A stretch of 64,000 nt of DNA, taken from Blepharisma stoltei ATCC 30299. Taxonomy: Eukaryota; Protista; Ciliophora. Each line of letters starts with the position of its first letter. Within the stretch, counting starts at the first letter, position 1. Of this stretch, positions 60,009 through 64,000 are shown one piece after another. Position numbers and translations under genes: made by a program. The notes under the pieces were generated by a model. It was not told where the DNA came from and ran no database searches. It saw nothing but the letters and a program-made list of their open reading frames with translations. The stretch spans positions 372,001-436,000 of the forward strand of contig CBFDEM010000041.1 in assembly GCA_965603825.1 (NCBI GenBank), written 5' to 3'.

Positions 60009-60440
60009 TTATATAATAATGATCTTCGTAAGAAAAGAATAGATTATCAATGTAATGATAATCGATAAGATATATGTTGATATTAATTGCTATGCAAATT
60101 ATTGATAAAACAAGTACCTTATTCGTGGGATTATGACTAATTTAAGAATTTACTTCCTAGTTTAATCGCCATTATCTCTGATATTTGATATAACCTTATT
60201 CAATATATGCAATATCCATAACACCATTTCTCTGAATAATGTTGCATATTTTATTTTTGCATGATCTTCGAATTAGCAGCCCGTTTTATTGCATTTCCAA
60301 GCATCATATCAATTCTTAATAAGCCTTATATGGTTTTATTTACTTACTAAAACTGCCCACACCCTTATTTTGCTAACCATATATATATTTAATCATCCAA
60401 TTCTTTTTCATATATTTTCTGACCATTTATAATTTATTAT

Positions 60441-61064
60441 ATGAGCCATCCTCCAGGTCCACCACCTCCAAACTATCCTCCACCTCCTCAAGGATACCCA
60501 CCTCCTCAAGGGTATCCGCCTCAGCAGGGGTATCCACCTCCTCAAGGCTATCCTCCACAGCCTGGCTATCCTCCACAACCTGGTTATCCTCCACAACCTG
60601 GTTACCCTCCTCCACAAGGCTATCCTCCTCAGCCGGCGATGCATATGCCACCACCTCAAGGATATCCTGCTCAGCCTGGCTATCCTCCTCCACCTCAAGG
60701 ATACCCTCCACAAGCTTTTCCTCCTCAGCCTGGATTTCCAGGACAACCAATGCCTCCACATGTAGGAGTTCCACCTCCGCATGGAGTCCCTCCACAAATG
60801 GGAATGCCTCTTCATGGAGGTCCACCCATGGGAATGCCTCATGGTCAAGTTGCATTTCATGCAAATCCTAACTGCCATAAATGTCATGGTACTGGAACGA
60901 ATAAAGGAAAGCCTTGCAAGAAATGTGCTGAGCACGCTGGAGTCTGTGCAAAATGCCTTGGAACTGGTTTCAACCAGAAAAAGAATAAGCCTTGTAAATG
61001 CAGAGAGCATGGGCATGTGAAAAAGGATAAAAAGGACAAAAAGGATAAAAAGCATAAGCATTAG
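60441..61064 (+). CDS. GYPP-repeat proline-rich protein with DnaJ-type CxxCxGxG zinc finger
   Basis: Tandem (P/Q)GYPP repeats; CHKCHGTG...CKKC; CAKCLGTG...CKC; KDKKDK tail. Confidence 0.88.
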   Translation: MSHPPGPPPPNYPPPPQGYPPPQGYPPQQGYPPPQGYPPQPGYPPQPGYPPQPGYPPPQGYPPQPAMHMPPPQGYPAQPGYPPPPQGYPPQAFPPQPGFPGQPMPPHVGVPPPHGVPPQMGMPLHGGPPMGMPHGQVAFHANPNCHKCHGTGTNKGKPCKKCAEHAGVCAKCLGTGFNQKKNKPCKCREHGHVKKDKKDKKDKKHKH

Positions 61065-61268
61065 AGGGTAATTAATGATTTATGCAACAATTTGAAAATT
61101 ATTTTGTATTTTTCCAATAAACTTTAAACATTTTCTGCTTTCCGTGACCTCAAAATAATTCTATTTTATTCAAAGTGTAGTGTATGTTATAAAAACGCAT
61201 AATATTCTTAAAATTAGTTACAATTATTCAAATTTTACATATGATTAATAATAAATCAAAAGATTTCT

Positions 61269-62543
61269 ATGTCAACTTCAGTCCACTTTTTCACTCTCTT
61301 AAGTGCGAACTCATACAGCTGTAATCTGAAAGTTCCAGAGACTATTATATTAGGTTTTGGGTTTCCTAAGCCTACTTATATGAAAAATACAGAACATAAC
61401 AAGCTAGAATTTTTGACGATTGAAAAAGAAGACATCATAGGGATAATTTCGAATTGAGTTAACGGAGATATAAATTCGCCAATTATGATTGTAAAATCTC
61501 TTAAAGGGAATACTTTGTGATTTAGCACTGAAGAAATTGAAAATATCATAAAAGGTGAATGCATAATCCAGCAGTTCATATGCAATGAACTTAAATACTC
61601 GATTGCTCGAGCTATTTGAGACTATCAAAAAGGCCATACACTTGTAATGCTTCACGAAAAATCCCCAAAAATCATGATCCCAAGTGCTGAGCCAAGTGTA
61701 TCCACAGAATGATCAGAGCACACAAAAGAAAATTATGTTAAATCAATTGACTTACCATGCCCTGTAAAGCTTAAAAGCTATCTTGAGTCAATGAAAATTA
61801 TAATAAACAAAAAATTAAAGTCAATTTCTTGCAGGCTTGAGCACTTAGAGCTTGATTTTATAAAATCAACAAATCATCAATACTATTGCACTGGGATTCA
61901 CAATTACTCTTATGGTGAATGCAATTCTCTATTGAGATTTTCATCATTAGAAAACACTTCAAAGTCAAAATTAAAGCAAAGCAGACATATTAGCACAAGC
62001 TCAATGCCATCATCACCTTTTATTACATCTCCAATTTCTACCCCTGATAGGACCTCAGCAAATATTTTTTATGCCCCAAATGTCAAAATAAAACAAACTT
62101 TGGATTCAAGAATAAGGAAGCATATTTCAGATAAAGGAATCATTGGACACATGAGTTATAATTTTTGAAAAAATAAAATAGACAATGGAGAGAAAATGCT
62201 TCCAAATGAAGAAAAATATGCAAAGCTAATTGCATCTCATTCGACAAGAGTCTTAATTGAAACAAGCCAAGATTTAAAAGTTGTGAAGTCACTTGCTCAT
62301 AGAATGCAGCAACTTATAGATAGAAAACAGCAAAGAAATTTAAATGATAAAGAAAAAACAATTCAAAGTTCAGTAATCTCGAAAGAAAGGCAAAAAGCTC
62401 TAACTAGGCTAGAGAGGAGAATTATAAGACTCAAAACTATAAAAATTTTGCCTGAGGCAATCCAGAATACAGCCAAAAACACAGTGAATGATGCAGCCAT
62501 GATGCTTGATTTTGCAAAAAGTTCTATCAAAAGATCCCAATAG
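61269..62543 (+). CDS. Hypothetical protein (424 aa)
   Basis: Three ORF-track pieces share one frame, linked by TGAs; ends TAG. Confidence 0.72.
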
Positions 62544-62761
62544 TAACTTTCAGTTCTGATGCAATCTTCAGAATATTGCTATAATTTTAAAATCTAATTT
62601 ATTATAAAAATTCAATTTAATTTAAATAAATTCCAATTAATAATAGACCAATTTTTTAAATAAGTGCTGAAATATAATTTTATCTAAATTACCATGATTT
62701 CAATTAATTTTAAATTTCTCAATAAATTTCTATTTAAATTCTCCTAGCTTTCAACGAGAAA

Positions 62762-64000
62762 ATGGCAAAATCCATGTCAATAAGTCAACCATTAGTCCCA
62801 CCTCCTCAGCCACGCAAGCAAGGATGCTTCCAATCAATATTCCGTACATTATGCTGTTGTTTCGTCAAAAATAAAGTAAATTCTACACAGCTCAGCATCA
62901 GAACTGAAAGGAAGAAGTTTTGGGTCAAGATCCGCGATCGACTTTCAAAGAAAAAACATTTTGACCAAGTTTATATCACACTACTTAACTTATACTCCCA
63001 CCAACTAGTAATTTCTGACCTTATCAAATGCCAAGTCAGCCCAGATTTTCGAAAGAAAAAGCGTGAAGACTTAGAATTTTATGTTCCCCAACTTTGGTAT
63101 TTTTTATACAGCAATTTATTACTTTTTGGCTTTTTGGACCAAAATGAGGAATTAATTCGAGCGGTTTTAGAATTTTGTAAAAATTCTTTTCATTTCTCTC
63201 ATAGGGTTTACTGGTTTTTAAAATCAACTGATTTCAGTTTATTAGATTTGCCGAGTGTTGACCCTGACAGGTAAAATATTATTTAGTTTAATTGAAAGTG
63301 TTGAAAAAGTCTCTCAAGATTCACAAGCAATATTTTTAGGGAGAGGAAAAGAGCTGTTTCAGCTTATGGCCAGTATGGGAATGGAACATATCTTTGACAG
63401 CTCAAGAAAAAGTTTTTCTGATATTTTAGATGAAGAGCCAGAAGATGTGGCAGTTTTAAGAGACTTGATCCGTGAGTATAATTTGAATGGAAAAGTAGAA
63501 AGTGATATCCCGAATAAAATCAACCCAAAATACATTCCTTTAAATCCATTTCCTAAAGGAAATATAGTAGACGGCTACCACTCTACCTTATGGTTCATAG
63601 AAAAACTCACACAAATTTCTATAAAAATCCTCCATACTCCAAAAAAGTCAGAAATGCTAAAAGAAGAGCTAAAAGAACTAAACCAGCTTCTTCCTGCGTG
63701 CGCTTATATTCCATTTAACACTCCAATCGCTCGAAATTGCGCAGTTTTACACATAATCGCTAACGAAGCCAGAGTTTTTACTACAAAAGAGCGAGCTCCC
63801 TATAAAATCTGTGTAGAAATTTTTCGGCCATATGAAGAATTACTTGTTTTAGAGCCCTCAAAAAGTGCCTCAACAATGGACAGAAGGTCAGCTTCAGTCC
63901 CATCAGTGCGGTCTTTTCATTTAAGCAAAACTGTTATAGAAGAAGTCAAAACTTTAAATGATACCATAGATGATGGGTTTGATGAAATTATTAAAGCAAT
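62762..64000 (+). CDS. PI4KB: Phosphatidylinositol 4-kinase beta (PIK1-like), 3'-truncated by window edge; two introns
   Basis: LEFYVPQLCNLL, HFSHRVYWFLKS, LNQLLPACAYIPF and VLHI...EARVFTTKERAPYKICVE after removing 63097-63111 and 63271-63286. Confidence 0.85.
63097..63111 (+). other. 15-nt stop-free intron GTATTTTTTATACAG
   Basis: GT..AG, A at position 10; removal gives FYVPQLCNLLL. Confidence 0.75.
63271..63286 (+). other. 16-nt intron GTAAAATATTATTTAG
   Basis: Removal shifts into the long open PI4K frame. Confidence 0.9.

Noticed and set aside
60408-61061. Long antisense ORFs over the GYPP gene (and other antisense ORFs in the track)
   Set aside because: Shadows of repetitive or biased sense-strand codons, with no motifs.

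Overview
Gene-dense, AT-rich eukaryotic DNA, almost certainly the somatic (macronuclear) genome of a heterotrich ciliate of the Blepharisma type. Two signatures are visible in the sequence. (1) In-frame TGA falls repeatedly at conserved Trp positions, while every gene I could reconstruct ends in TAA or TAG, so UGA=Trp. (2) There are tiny 15-16 nt GT..AG spliceosomal introns. The supplied ORF track uses the standard code and ignores introns, so it fragments many genes. Re-reading gives about 44 protein genes, including NDUFS1, HSF, purple acid phosphatase, Sec15, DDX47, two NPSN SNAREs, LSm2, NADAR, CDPK, truncated globin, an LNR protein, ASH2L, MORN, PrpB, FHA-RINGv, a Kelch membrane protein, NOT4-like, TPR, TPI, a divergent Rab, Piwi, glucosidase II alpha, two GLTPs, RPP38-like and PI4K-beta. 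There are also two decayed pseudogenes (citrate synthase, Rab) and 11 tiny introns in intact genes. The strongest novelty candidate is a 1052-aa ARID + ALKBH5-type dioxygenase fusion hidden by 12 in-frame TGAs (54780-57938), a possible chromatin-targeted N6-methyladenine demethylase. Next come a lipase/DUF1598-like/LIM fusion, an unexplained interruption in the glucosidase II 5' region, and a structured non-coding island at about 24.9 kb. All family assignments rest on motif recognition by eye; no searches were run.
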